DNA of 64,000 nt. It comes from Spirochaetia bacterium (GTDB lineage: Bacteria > Spirochaetota > Spirochaetia > SZUA-6 > Bin103). Where the stretch lies: positions 6,016,001-6,080,000 of the forward strand of contig CBDBDQ010000005.1 in NCBI GenBank assembly GCA_965203905.1. Direction: 5' to 3'. A program made the position numbers and the translations under genes. Every line of letters begins with the position of its first letter. Within the stretch, counting starts at the first letter, position 1. Below the pieces are notes generated by a model, which had not been told where the DNA came from, made no database searches, and saw only the letters and a list, made by a program, of their open reading frames with translations. Below are positions 9,445 through 19,441 of this stretch, one piece after another.

Positions 9445-9659
9445 CACGACGACGGGAACCCTTTCCTGGTCGACAGGTCCTGGGCCAGTCGAACCGAACC
9501 GGCGAGGCGCATGTAACGGCGCGTCTGTACGTCTTCGCGCCGCGCCTTTTCCAACTGATCGCGGATCAGACGCCCCTGTGACACGCCCATTGCCCGCGCG
9601 GTCTGTTCCACCCACTCGGCGAGATCGTCTTGCAGCCGTATCGTCAATGTGTGACTCAT
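9444..9659 (-). CDS. Ribbon-helix-helix (CopG-like) antitoxin
   Basis: MSHTLTIRL...GVSQGRLIRDQL...LAGSV...DLSTRKGF. Confidence 0.8.
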   Translation of the reverse strand: MSHTLTIRLQDDLAEWVEQTARAMGVSQGRLIRDQLEKARREDVQTRRYMRLAGSVRLAQDLSTRKGFPSS

Positions 9660-9719
9660 ACGGCAGACAGTTAATACACCCTGGAGGCACAGGACAAGCA
9701 GCAGCAGCAGGTCGCCGTT

Positions 9720-9749
9720 TTGACGGCCCAAGAGGCAGGGTGCTACTAT
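9720..9749 (+). promoter_or_regulatory. Sigma70-type promoter of the sugar ABC operon
   Basis: TTGACG-18 nt-TACTAT with TG extension; AGGAGGT RBS downstream. Confidence 0.6.
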
Positions 9750-9771
9750 CGCGGAACCACAGGAGGTATCC

Positions 9772-11421
9772 ATGACAGTAAACAAGAAACTTGGCTTGAC
9801 GGCATTCGTCGTCGTGCTGGTGTTGGCTCTGGCCGCGACGAGTGTCTCGGCCGGCGGCGAAGCGGATCAGGCGGCGGAGGGCAGCACCGCCGAGTCCGGC
9901 TACACGCTGCCGATCGCAGAACCAGGCAGCGTCACGCTGAGCTACGCCGGGTGGGAGCATCCGGTCGGCTTTGGTGAAGGGCCGGTCTGGCAGCAGATCC
10001 TGGAGGACACCGGCGTCACGATCGACTGGCAGGTGGTTCCGAGCAGCGAATATACCACCTTCATCAAGACCAGGATCGCGGCCGCGGCCGACCTGCCCGA
10101 CATGCTGAGCCTGGGCTGGAACTACGTGGTCGGCAGTCCGGTGGACCTGCACGCCCAGGGTGCGACCATCAAGCTCACCGAGCTGGTGAACCGTTTCGCG
10201 CCCCACACCAAGCGCCTGCTGGAGGAGTTCACGGAGATGCGCCCCGCCCTGGTGGCGCCGGACGGCGAGATCTACGCCACCGCCGCACGTACGGTGCCGC
10301 CGATCAGCAACTACAAGAACTGGTACCTCCGGGAGGACTGGCTGCAGAAGCTGGGGCTGGAGAAGCCGGAGACGCTGGAGGATTGGGTCACCGTAGCGAA
10401 GGCGTTCGCGACGCAGGATCCCAACGGCAATGGCGAGCAGGACGAGGTTGCGCTGAGCGCGCGGACGCTGTGGCAGCTTGAGTGGTTCGGCGCGTCCGGT
10501 CTCGACCTGGACATCTACTACAGCTTCGGTTTTTCGCTCGACAACGGCGTGCTCTCCTACGACTACATCAGTCCCGGGTATCGCGACTACCTGGCGTTCC
10601 TGCACGAGTTGTACGAGGCGGGCGCGTTGGCGCAGGAGATTACCCAGTCCGGTCAGATCCAGAACTCGCTCAACGCCGACGACCGCCTGGGCGGCTTCTG
10701 GACCGGCATCGGCGGGGTGTTGTTCAGGAACCGGCTGCTGCGCGAGTCCGACATCGCCGGCACGTACACGTGGACTCCCCTCCCAAAAAACGACATGGGA
10801 GTGTCACGTTACGTGCACGAGCCGCTGGTCGGCGCGGCGACGGTGATCACCAGCCAGAGCAAGAACCCCGAGGTCGCCATCAAGTGGCTCGACTACGTGT
10901 GGGCCAGCCCGCAGGGCTACCTGTACGCCAACTACGGCCTGGAGGGAGAGCACTACAACGTCAACCCGGAGAAGAGTTCCGCCTCGCCGTGGTTGAAGCA
11001 CTTCGGCGGCCTGCCCGAGTACAGCGACGCCATCCGCAACAACCCGGAGGGCAAGTCGGTGCAGTCGGTGCTGGCGGACATCGGTGCCTTCAACCATCCG
11101 CTGTACGCCGATGACGACGAGTCGTTTGCGGCGCGCTTCTCGGAGGATCCGTTCTCGTACGAGCTGACCCAGCTCGCCGCTCCGATCGCGGTCTCGCCGT
11201 TTCCGCGCTACCTCGGTTCGCCGGAACAGGACCGGCGCCTGCGCGCCCTGCGTGAAGAGATCAACCCGACCCAGGAAGAGTGGACCTTCAAGTTCATCAC
11301 CGGTCAGGAGTCGCTCGACCGGTTCGACGACTACGTCGCCACGATGAAGCGGGTCGGCGTCGACGAGTTGGTGGAAATCATCCAGCAACAGCACGACGAC
11401 TACACCGCGTCCATCAGGTAG
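9772..11421 (+). CDS. Extracellular carbohydrate-binding protein (LplA-like)
   Basis: Signal peptide, DLPDM, REDWLQKLGL, DPNGNG, YGLEGEHY. Confidence 0.9.
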   Translation: MTVNKKLGLTAFVVVLVLALAATSVSAGGEADQAAEGSTAESGYTLPIAEPGSVTLSYAGWEHPVGFGEGPVWQQILEDTGVTIDWQVVPSSEYTTFIKTRIAAAADLPDMLSLGWNYVVGSPVDLHAQGATIKLTELVNRFAPHTKRLLEEFTEMRPALVAPDGEIYATAARTVPPISNYKNWYLREDWLQKLGLEKPETLEDWVTVAKAFATQDPNGNGEQDEVALSARTLWQLEWFGASGLDLDIYYSFGFSLDNGVLSYDYISPGYRDYLAFLHELYEAGALAQEITQSGQIQNSLNADDRLGGFWTGIGGVLFRNRLLRESDIAGTYTWTPLPKNDMGVSRYVHEPLVGAATVITSQSKNPEVAIKWLDYVWASPQGYLYANYGLEGEHYNVNPEKSSASPWLKHFGGLPEYSDAIRNNPEGKSVQSVLADIGAFNHPLYADDDESFAARFSEDPFSYELTQLAAPIAVSPFPRYLGSPEQDRRLRALREEINPTQEEWTFKFITGQESLDRFDDYVATMKRVGVDELVEIIQQQHDDYTASIR

Positions 11422-11462
11422 CCGCTCATCCTGCCTGTTCACCGCCCCGGGGCCGCATGGCC

Positions 11463-11626
11463 GAGCAGCCCGTGGCGGAACCCGGCGTCGCACCGAGAGC
11501 GGCGAGGCGCCCGGCTGGCAAGGCGCGACGAACGAGCATATCAAGGCATGTGTGAGCGAGGAGCAACGCAGCCAGCCGGGATGGCTCGCCGCTCGAATGC
11601 AGCCGGAGTTGCGCCACGGACTGCTC
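11463..11626. repeat. Long imperfect inverted repeat (palindromic/MITE-like element)
   Basis: Arms GAGCAG-CCGTGGCG...GAGCGGCGAG..CCCGGCTGGC and GCCAGCCGGG..CTCGCCGCTC...CGCCACGG-CTGCTC. Confidence 0.75.
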
Positions 11627-11669
11627 TGGGCGGGTCCGTAACCCACCCGCGGTACCCGGATTCCCGCCT

Positions 11670-12575
11670 GTGAATCGCTTGGCCAAGGCACTGTTCCAGG
11701 ACCGGTACCTGTGGCTGCTGGCGGTGCCGGCAATCATCTACTACGTCCTGTTCCACTACCTGCCGATGTACGGGCTGCTGATCGCGTTCAAGGACTTCAG
11801 CCCGTTTCTCGGCATCCTGCGCAGTCCGTGGGCCGGGTTCGTGTGGTTCGAGCAGTTCTTCACCTCGATTCACTTTGTGCGCACGGTGCGCAACACGCTG
11901 CTGCTCAACTTCTACGGCTTCTTCTTCAACTTCACGGTACCGATCATCTTCGCGCTGCTGCTGAACGAGGTGCACAACAGCCTGTTCCGGCGCTGGGTGC
12001 AGACCATCAGCTACATCCCGCACTTCGTTTCGATCGTGGTCGTGGTGGGGCTGATCAACGCCATGTTCAACACCGAGAACGGCCTGGTGAACACGGTGCT
12101 GGCGCGGCTGGGGATGGAGCCGGTGCCGTTCCTGATCATGCCCGGCTGGTTCCGGCCGCTGTACATCGGCTCCGACATCTGGCAGCACTTCGGCTGGCGC
12201 GCCATCATCTACCTGGCCGCGCTCACCGCCATCGACCAGGAACAGTACGACGCGGCCTGGGTGGACGGCGCCAACCGCTGGCAGCAGCTGCGCTTCATCA
12301 CGCTGCCGGGCATCGCGCCCACCATCATCATCCTGATGATCCTCTACGTCGGGCAGATGATGTCGGTGGGATTCGAGAAGATCCTGCTGATGTACGGTCC
12401 CGGCACCTACGAAACCGCAGACGTGATCGCCACCTTCGTGTATCGGCGCGGGATCGCCGGCGGCGACTACAGCTTCGCGGCGGCGGCCGGACTGTTCAAC
12501 TCGGTGATCAACCTGGGGCTGATCCTGCTGGTCAACCGGATGAGCCGGCAATTCACGGGGACCAGCCTGTGGTAA
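11670..12575 (+). CDS. Carbohydrate ABC permease (LplB-like)
   Basis: YLPMYGLLIAFKDF, PHFVS, YDAAWVDGANRWQQ. Confidence 0.93.
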   Translation: MNRLAKALFQDRYLWLLAVPAIIYYVLFHYLPMYGLLIAFKDFSPFLGILRSPWAGFVWFEQFFTSIHFVRTVRNTLLLNFYGFFFNFTVPIIFALLLNEVHNSLFRRWVQTISYIPHFVSIVVVVGLINAMFNTENGLVNTVLARLGMEPVPFLIMPGWFRPLYIGSDIWQHFGWRAIIYLAALTAIDQEQYDAAWVDGANRWQQLRFITLPGIAPTIIILMILYVGQMMSVGFEKILLMYGPGTYETADVIATFVYRRGIAGGDYSFAAAAGLFNSVINLGLILLVNRMSRQFTGTSLW

Positions 12576-12582
12576 ACGTGGC

Positions 12583-13461
12583 ATGAACGTCCGCTATCGC
12601 CGCAACCTGGCCGAGCGGCTCGCCGAGTACGCCATCGCCCTGGTGCTGGCGGTGGCCGCGCTGGTCACCATCTTCCCGATACTCTACGTGTTCAGCAACT
12701 CGATCAGCGGCAGCCGCGCGATTCTCGGCGGCACGGTGTGGCTGTGGCCCCAGGACGTCACCTGGGTCGGCTACCAGACCGTGGTGAAGTCGACCGAGGT
12801 GTGGCGCTCCTACTACAACACGCTCTGGTACACCGGCGTCGGCACCGCGCTCAATGTGTCGATCACCATGATGGTGTCCTATCCGCTGTCGCGGCGCTCC
12901 TTCAACGGGCGCGGACTGCTGATGTTCTTCATCGCCTTCACCATGTGGTTCAGCGGCGGCATCATTCCCACGTTCATCATCGTGCGCAACCTGGGGCTGT
13001 ACGCGACCCGCTGGGCGATGGTGCTGCCGACCGCCGCGGCGGCCTGGAACATCATCATCACCCGCACCTACCTGCAGAGCAACATCGACGACTCGATCCC
13101 GGAGTCGGCCAAGATCGACGGTGCCAACGACCTGACCATCTTCTTCCGCATCGTGGTACCGGTGTCGAGCACGATCATCGCCGTGAACGTGCTGTTCTAC
13201 GCGGTGGGGCACTGGAACGCATACTTCCCCGCCCTGATCTACCTGCCCGATCCCGACCTGCATCCGCTGCAGATGGTCCTGCGCAGGCTCCTGATCCTGC
13301 CGCCCGAGGAGGAGGAGCGGATGGCATTCGAGGCGATCGCCGGCGTCACCCGCAACCGCTTCGTGGTGATCATGGTGGGCACGCTGCCGATCCTCGCCGT
13401 GTACCCCTTCCTGCAGCGCTACTTCATCAAGGGCGTGATGATCGGCGCGCTGAAGGGCTGA
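12583..13461 (+). CDS. Carbohydrate ABC permease (LplC-like)
   Basis: FSGGIIP, ESAKIDGA, YPFLQRYFIKGVMIGALKG. Confidence 0.93.
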   Translation: MNVRYRRNLAERLAEYAIALVLAVAALVTIFPILYVFSNSISGSRAILGGTVWLWPQDVTWVGYQTVVKSTEVWRSYYNTLWYTGVGTALNVSITMMVSYPLSRRSFNGRGLLMFFIAFTMWFSGGIIPTFIIVRNLGLYATRWAMVLPTAAAAWNIIITRTYLQSNIDDSIPESAKIDGANDLTIFFRIVVPVSSTIIAVNVLFYAVGHWNAYFPALIYLPDPDLHPLQMVLRRLLILPPEEEERMAFEAIAGVTRNRFVVIMVGTLPILAVYPFLQRYFIKGVMIGALKG

Positions 13462-13537
13462 CCGGCGGGCATGGATCTCCCACCATCGTCTCATCTTGGG
13501 GTATGGTGCGGTACGAAGTAGTGGACAGGAGGTTGTG

Positions 13538-14317
13538 ATGGCGGACAGGGAGGTGCCGGCGGGGCTGGCGGATCTGGAGCGGGACGGGTTCCTGCTGGTG
13601 CCCGGCGCGCTCGGCGGCGAGACGGTGGCGACGTGGAAGCACAAGCTCTACGACCTGCACCGCCGCGGCCTGAACGAAATCGACAACAGCGTCGGCAACG
13701 TGGCGTTCGAGAGCCTGCTGCGACTGGAGCCGGAGCTGTCGCGGGACCTGGTCGGCCACCCCAGCGTTGCGCCCTACCTGAAGACTTTCCTCGGCAAGCA
13801 GTGCCAGTTGCGCTCGCTGCGCGCGCACATCAACCCGCGCGCCTACCGCCAGGAGTGGCATATGGACTTCGCCGACTACCACTACCAGGAGCGCAAGGCC
13901 GGGGCGAGCCGTCCGCTGCGCGGGCTGTGCATGAACACCACCTTCTACCTGACCGACAACACCCCGGAGCGGGGCCGGCTGACGTTCCTGACGAACTACG
14001 TCGACCGCCTGCTGCCGGAGGAGGTGCTGCCGCACGTCTACTACACGGACGACCGCAGCAACCCGTTCCAGGCGTGGTGCGACGCGCAGCCGCAGGAGCA
14101 TCTCTACCCGCGCGCCGGCGACGCCATCGTGTTCTTCGCCCACATTCCCCACCAGGGGGTCAAGTTCGGCGACGACCCGGAGGACGACATCCGTGCCAAC
14201 CTGGTGCTGCACTTTCAGCAGAACCCCATGTACCCCGGCATCAAGTTCGTGAGCTCGCCCGACTTCACCCTGCAAACCCTCGGCTACGCCGGCACCTTCC
14301 CGTTCGCGAAGCCGTAA
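13538..14317 (+). CDS. PhyH-family Fe(II)/2-oxoglutarate dioxygenase
   Basis: LERDGFLLV, WHMD (HxD), AGDAIVF..HIPHQG. Confidence 0.8.
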   Translation: MADREVPAGLADLERDGFLLVPGALGGETVATWKHKLYDLHRRGLNEIDNSVGNVAFESLLRLEPELSRDLVGHPSVAPYLKTFLGKQCQLRSLRAHINPRAYRQEWHMDFADYHYQERKAGASRPLRGLCMNTTFYLTDNTPERGRLTFLTNYVDRLLPEEVLPHVYYTDDRSNPFQAWCDAQPQEHLYPRAGDAIVFFAHIPHQGVKFGDDPEDDIRANLVLHFQQNPMYPGIKFVSSPDFTLQTLGYAGTFPFAKP

Positions 14318-14390
14318 CCCGCCGGCAGCAGCAGCAACCACGATCAGGCCCTTGCCAGTGGCCGTCCGCTCGCGCTATGACGCCAGGCGT

Positions 14391-15908
14391 ATGGCTGACA
14401 ACAGTTCCCTCCACGAGCCGGAGTTTCGGCCCGTGGCGCTCGGTGCGGTCACCCCGCAGGGCTGGCTGGCCGAGCAGCTCCGCATCCAGGCACGCGGCCT
14501 CAGCGGCCACCTCGACCGGTTCTGGCCCGACATCAAGGACAGCGCCTGGATCGGTGGTGCGGCCGCGGGATGGGAGCGGATGCCGTACTGGCTCGACGGC
14601 GTCATTCCCCTGGCCTGGCTGCTGCGCGACCAGCCCCTGCAGCAACGTACGCCGGCTATCTCGACTACATCATCGGGCATCAGCATGGCGACGGCTGGCT
14701 CGGGCCGTGGGTCGAGGACAACCCGGTGGCGGCCGACCTCTGGTCGCAGGCACTGGCCCTCAAGGTGCTGGTGGGGTACCAGGACGCCACGGGTGACGAC
14801 CGGGTCGCGGCCTGCGTCGAGCGAGCGCTCGCCATGCTCGACCGCCACCTCGACCGCAACCCGCTGTCGCAGTGGGGCCAGTACCGGTGGTTCGAATTCC
14901 TGGTCTCGGTCTGGTGGCTCTACGAGCGCAGGGGCGAACGCTGGCTGATCGATCTCGCCAGGCGCCTGCGCGCCCAGGGCTTCAACTGGCAGCTTTACTT
15001 CGAGCAGTGGCCACGCACCGGCCCCACCGCCAAGGGGCGCTACCAACGGCCCCGATTCCAACGTCTTCGGCCTGGAGCCCAACTACGGTTGCTGCACCGC
15101 CAACCTCAGCCAGGGGTGGCCCAAGTTCGCGGCCCATCAGTGGATGCGCTCGCGCGACGGCGGCATCGTGGCCGCGGCTTACGCGCCCTCCGCGCTGGAG
15201 GCGGCGGTCGGAGGCGTACCGGTGCGCGTCGAGCTGCGGACCGAATACCCGTTCCGAGAGGAGCTGCGGTTCACGGTTCGGGCGCCGCGGCCGGTGCGCT
15301 TCCCACTGCGGCTGCGCATTCCCGGCTGGGCGCAGGGAGCGACGCTCACGGTCGACGGCCGCCCCACCCCGGTGGCAGGCGCCGGCACGTTCCACACCAT
15401 CGAGCGGGACTGGACCGGCTCCGCCGAGGTCTTGCTGTCGCTGCCGATGACGCCACGCCTGCTGCAGCGGCCGGGGGGCGCCGTTTCGCTGGCGCGCGGT
15501 CCGCTGCTGTACGCACTGCGGATCGGTGAACGCTGGCGTCGTATCAACCAGGACCAGCCGCACCGCGAGCCACCGCACGCCGACTGGGAGATCTACCCCA
15601 CTACGCCCTGGAACTACGCGCTGGAGTTGGACGAAGGCGAGTTGAACGAGGTAGTCCGGTTCACCGAGCACTCGCTCGGTTCGCCGGTGTTCGCCCCCGA
15701 TACGCCGTCTGTCAGCGCTACCGTCAAGGGCCGCCGGGTGCCCGAATGGGGCGCGGTAGGCGGCTCGGCCGCTCCGCCGCCGGCCGACGCGGCACGGCAC
15801 GCGGGGACCGCCGAGGACCTTACGCTGATCCCCTACGGCTGCAGCAACCTGCGCATCGCGGAGTTCCCGGTGCTGCAGGGGGGCAGTCCACGAGCACCGA
15901 CCGCCTAA
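14391..15908 (+). pseudogene. GH127-like beta-L-arabinofuranosidase, frameshifted and internally deleted
   Basis: GWERMPYWLDG, GCCTANLSQGWPKF, YPFREE, LRIPGWA, RGPLLYAL, LIPYGC; frameshift near 14648 and deletion near 15040. Confidence 0.8.
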
Positions 15909-16747
15909 TAGCTCGGCGTAGTCGCGAACGGGGTGAGCTGCAGCTCGTGGGTCCAGCAGGAGCGGTCCTGCGAGTGCAGGTAGTAGAACGCCTCGGCGAT
16001 CTTGACCGGATCCATCACCACCTCGGGCCGTTCCTGCGCCAGCGGCAGCGCACGCGTGCCGGGTGAGTCGATGAGGCCGTCGATCACGACGTTCGCCACG
16101 TGCACGCCGTGCACCGAGTATTCCTCCGTGAGCACCTGGGCGAGGGTGCGCATCATGACCCGCGGGTAGTACAGCGACTGGCCGGTCAACCGCTTGCGCC
16201 CGCGCAGCGACGACGCATTGTTGGTCAGGAGGAACGATCCCGAGCCGCGCTCGCGCATCGCCGGCAGCACTTCCCTGGCGACCAGGAACGGGCCACGGCT
16301 GGCCAGGTGCTGGGCGGTCTCGAACATCTCGGTCGGGATGTACTCCAGCAGCTCCTGGTCGGGCGGCAGCTCGCGGCCCTCCAGGTAGCCGGCGTTGTAG
16401 ACCACCACCTCCGGCTCGCCGGCCGCGCGGCGGACGGTGGCGAACGCCTGCGCGATCGACTGCTCGGAGACCAGGTCAAGCTCCACGATCATGCAGGCGC
16501 CTCCCCGGGCCTCGATCGCCTCCTTGAGCGCGACCGCGTTGGCTGCCGCGCGCGTGGTGAGCACGGTGAAAAAGCCCTCGGCGGCGAACTTCTGCGCCAC
16601 CGCGCCGCCCACGCCCCAGCGCTTCCCGACCGGCAGCCCGCTGTCGTCCAGTGTGCCGCCGTGCACCAGCCTGGTGTTGCGTCCATCCGCCTGCCACTTG
16701 GAGGTCGCCCCGATCACGACCGCAACCTGTCGAGAGCTGCAATTCAT
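15905..16747 (-). CDS. SDR-family oxidoreductase
   Basis: GVGGAVAQKF, VYNAG, GVHVANVVIDGLI. Confidence 0.85.
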   Translation of the reverse strand: MNCSSRQVAVVIGATSKWQADGRNTRLVHGGTLDDSGLPVGKRWGVGGAVAQKFAAEGFFTVLTTRAAANAVALKEAIEARGGACMIVELDLVSEQSIAQAFATVRRAAGEPEVVVYNAGYLEGRELPPDQELLEYIPTEMFETAQHLASRGPFLVAREVLPAMRERGSGSFLLTNNASSLRGRKRLTGQSLYYPRVMMRTLAQVLTEEYSVHGVHVANVVIDGLIDSPGTRALPLAQERPEVVMDPVKIAEAFYYLHSQDRSCWTHELQLTPFATTPSY

Positions 16748-16904
16748 GGTCCCGTACCATAGCCTCAGGCGACGCCCTCGGTCGCGGCAGCGAATTCACG
16801 CCGAGCCGGCAAGCCCGAATCCCCGAGCCGCGCCTGCCGAGTCCAGCCGAGCATCATCGAGCGCGCGGTTGCAGCGGGCCGGTGGAATGCCGTACCGTGC
16901 CGGC

Positions 16905-17930
16905 ATGGCTGCGGTACGCACGCTCGGTTCTCAGGTCGAGGCGCCGGCCCCGGGAACGGCTCAGCCCGTGGACAAGGAGCCCGGCGTCCAGCCGCCCACG
17001 GCGGCGGACTTCCCCGGCTGCAAGCCGGTCCGCCTGCCGCGCGAGGAACTCGACGACTGCGAGGTCAGGCTGGAGTACTGGGACACCGTCTCCGAGACCG
17101 CCTGGATCTGCGATCCGGTCAGTTCGTACCATGAGGGCCCCACGCAGCGCTTGGGGAGGTTGGCCGAACGCATCGCCGCGGTGCGCGGTGGGCCCGTAGA
17201 GTGCTTCGGCAGCACCGATCTCACCGAACGCGACGCGCACGGTGAGCCGCGCCTCATCATGCAGGCGGACGAGATGGTGTACCTGCACCCGGCGCGCGCG
17301 CGGTTGCCGCGTCCGGTGCTGACGGTCGGCGAGCACGACTTCCCGGAGGTGGTGCTGGAAGTGGACCACAGCACCGACGCGCGCCGGCGCAAGCTGCCGC
17401 AGTACGAGGCGTGGGGGTTTCCGGAAGTGTGGATCGAGGTGCCCGATGCGGGTGCGCCGAGCCGGCCGCGCAGCCGGCGCTCGGGGCTGACCATCCACCT
17501 GCTGGAGGATGGAGCGTATCGGCAGGTGGGGCAGAGCCGGGCGTTTCCCGGCTGGACGGCGGCGGAGATCCACGCGGCGCTGAACGAGGACACGCTTTCG
17601 GTGCCGACCAGCGCGGTACTGGAGCGGGTGGGAGCGGCGCTCGGGGAGCGGGAGGGCACCGGCCCGGACGACGACCCCCTGCTGGGCGCGCAGCGCCGCC
17701 GCAGCCGCGCGGAAGGTCATGCCGAAGGCCATGCGGAAGGTCGCGCCGAAGGCCATGCGGATGAACGCGTCGAGTTTGCACGAGCGCTGTTGGCGGCGCG
17801 TGGCATCGTGGTCTCGCCCGGACTCCCCGGCGTGCCCGGCTTCGCCGAGTTGCCCCGCCCGTCCATCGTCGCGGCCGCCACCGCCTGCGTCAGCGAGGCC
17901 GACTTCCGGAAGCGTCTGCGCAGCCGGTAG
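16905..17930 (+). CDS. Uma2/DUF820-like PD-(D/E)XK protein
   Basis: MQADE...PEVVLEVD...KLPQYEAWGFPEVW. Confidence 0.8.
   Translation: MAAVRTLGSQVEAPAPGTAQPVDKEPGVQPPTAADFPGCKPVRLPREELDDCEVRLEYWDTVSETAWICDPVSSYHEGPTQRLGRLAERIAAVRGGPVECFGSTDLTERDAHGEPRLIMQADEMVYLHPARARLPRPVLTVGEHDFPEVVLEVDHSTDARRRKLPQYEAWGFPEVWIEVPDAGAPSRPRSRRSGLTIHLLEDGAYRQVGQSRAFPGWTAAEIHAALNEDTLSVPTSAVLERVGAALGEREGTGPDDDPLLGAQRRRSRAEGHAEGHAEGRAEGHADERVEFARALLAARGIVVSPGLPGVPGFAELPRPSIVAAATACVSEADFRKRLRSR
17709..17762 (+). repeat. 12-nt coding tandem repeat (AEGH/AEGR x4)
   Basis: GCSGAAGGYCAT units. Confidence 0.85.
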
Positions 17931-18038
17931 CCGGCCGGGAGCCGCCTGCCGCCCTACCCGCCGCGCGCATCATCGAGGCCAAGTTGAGGCCGAGCCCTCC
18001 TCTTGACACGCGTGCCGGCGTGTGGCACGAGAGGCGCA

Positions 18039-18956
18039 ATGCAGACATCCACCGGCACCACAACGGCAACCGGTAGCCTCGATGCGGCCAAGGCGCACCT
18101 GGACGAGCACGGCTACTGCGTGGTCGCGGGTGCGGTCAGTGCCGCTGGCGCGACGGCGCTCCGCGAGCGGCTCGTCGATCAGGCCGCGGCGGAAGCCCAG
18201 CTTGGCGAGACCCACGAGCTTCCAGACAAGAAGCAGCTCATCTACTTTCTCCTGAACAAGGGCCAGGGCTTCCGCGACCTGCTGTTCCATCCCACCATGC
18301 GTGCGCTGGTGGAGCACGTGGTCGGACCGCGCTACCTGCTGTCCTCCTACAACGGCCATCTCGCCCTCCCCGGCGGCACCACCAGGTTCCACACCGACCA
18401 GTGGTGGATGCCGCCCCCGACTACGCCTGCCAGAAAGACACTGCTGCGGCCGGGAGCGATCGCCCGCGACGCCCATCGCGGCCATTACCAGCTTGGCGAG
18501 GAAGGCATGAATCCGGTCGCCATCGCCCCGGCCTGCGTCTGCAACGTGATGTGGACCATCGACGATTTCACCGCCGAGAACGGTGCCACCATCGTGGTGC
18601 CGGGCAGCCACCTGTCCGGACGCGAACCGGACCAGAAGCTCGATGCGAACGCCGGCTGGATGCCTGCCGTCGCTCCGGCGGGAAGCTTCATCGTGCTCGA
18701 CGGACGCATATGGCACTCCACCGGCGAGAACCGCACCGACCGCCCGCGCATCGGCCTGACCACCAACTTTTGCGCCTGGCAGTTCCGCCAGCAGGAGAAT
18801 CTCGCAATGGGGGTTTCCGCCGAAGTCCTGGCCGCTGCCCCGCCCGAGCTGCTGGACCTTATCGGCTTCCGCCCCGACTTCGGCTACGGCGGCATCGAGG
18901 CCCGCGAACGCATCGCCCGCGGCCGGTACGCGCTGGGAGAGCTGAAGTCCAGGTAG
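18039..18956 (+). CDS. PhyH-family dioxygenase
   Basis: FHTDQ, DDFTAENGATIVVPGSH, GRIWHSTG, RQQEN. Confidence 0.88.
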   Translation: MQTSTGTTTATGSLDAAKAHLDEHGYCVVAGAVSAAGATALRERLVDQAAAEAQLGETHELPDKKQLIYFLLNKGQGFRDLLFHPTMRALVEHVVGPRYLLSSYNGHLALPGGTTRFHTDQWWMPPPTTPARKTLLRPGAIARDAHRGHYQLGEEGMNPVAIAPACVCNVMWTIDDFTAENGATIVVPGSHLSGREPDQKLDANAGWMPAVAPAGSFIVLDGRIWHSTGENRTDRPRIGLTTNFCAWQFRQQENLAMGVSAEVLAAAPPELLDLIGFRPDFGYGGIEARERIARGRYALGELKSR

Positions 18957-19004
18957 CGATCGCGGCCCACCAAGCCGCGCCCGAAGGCGGCCGGCTACGA
19001 TGAC

Positions 19005-19052
19005 GTAACTACGATCCGTTGTAACTACGAACGGTTGCAACTACAAGGCATT
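19005..19052. repeat. Three imperfect 16-bp direct repeats
   Basis: GTAACTACGATCCGTT / GTAACTACGAACGGTT / GCAACTACAAGGCATT. Confidence 0.75.
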
Positions 19053-19099
19053 GTGGCATTGTGACTAACATTCCACCGGAGTAACGATCGCAGTATGCT

Positions 19100-19414
19100 C
19101 GCACCGCTCGTGAATCGGACCGTGGAGAACTCCCGGCGGACCTCGTCGTCGGACGGTGGTGGTCCCAACGCGGTACCAGCGTAGAGGTCGACGCGCTCGG
19201 TCTGCGCGGCAGCCGTACGGCGCTCCTGGGCGAGGCCCGCTGGCAGCCGGCATCGCTCGGCAGGCGAGACCTGGAGACGCTGCGCCGGAAGGTACCGTTC
19301 GTCCCCAATCCGGTGGATGAACCGACGCTGGTGCTCTGGGGCCGCGGCGGAGTCGACCCGGAGGTCCGCAACGCCGGAGCCCTGGGCTTCAGCGTCGACG
19401 ACCTAGTGACCTGA
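19100..19414 (+). pseudogene. C-terminal DUF234-like nuclease remnant of an ATPase gene
   Basis: VGRWW...VEVDALG...LLGEARW. Confidence 0.65.
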
Positions 19415-19441
19415 GCCGCCGCGGCGCGGGGCGATCCCGAG

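Noticed and set aside
1-9660. Integron cassette array
   Set aside because: No intI, no recognisable attC sites, and modules lie on both strands
17709-17762. AEGH repeat as a novel feature
   Set aside because: EG-rich repeats are common in C-terminal tails of such nuclease-fold proteins
19005-19072. Possible mini-CRISPR
   Set aside because: 16-nt period, no unique spacers, no cas genes
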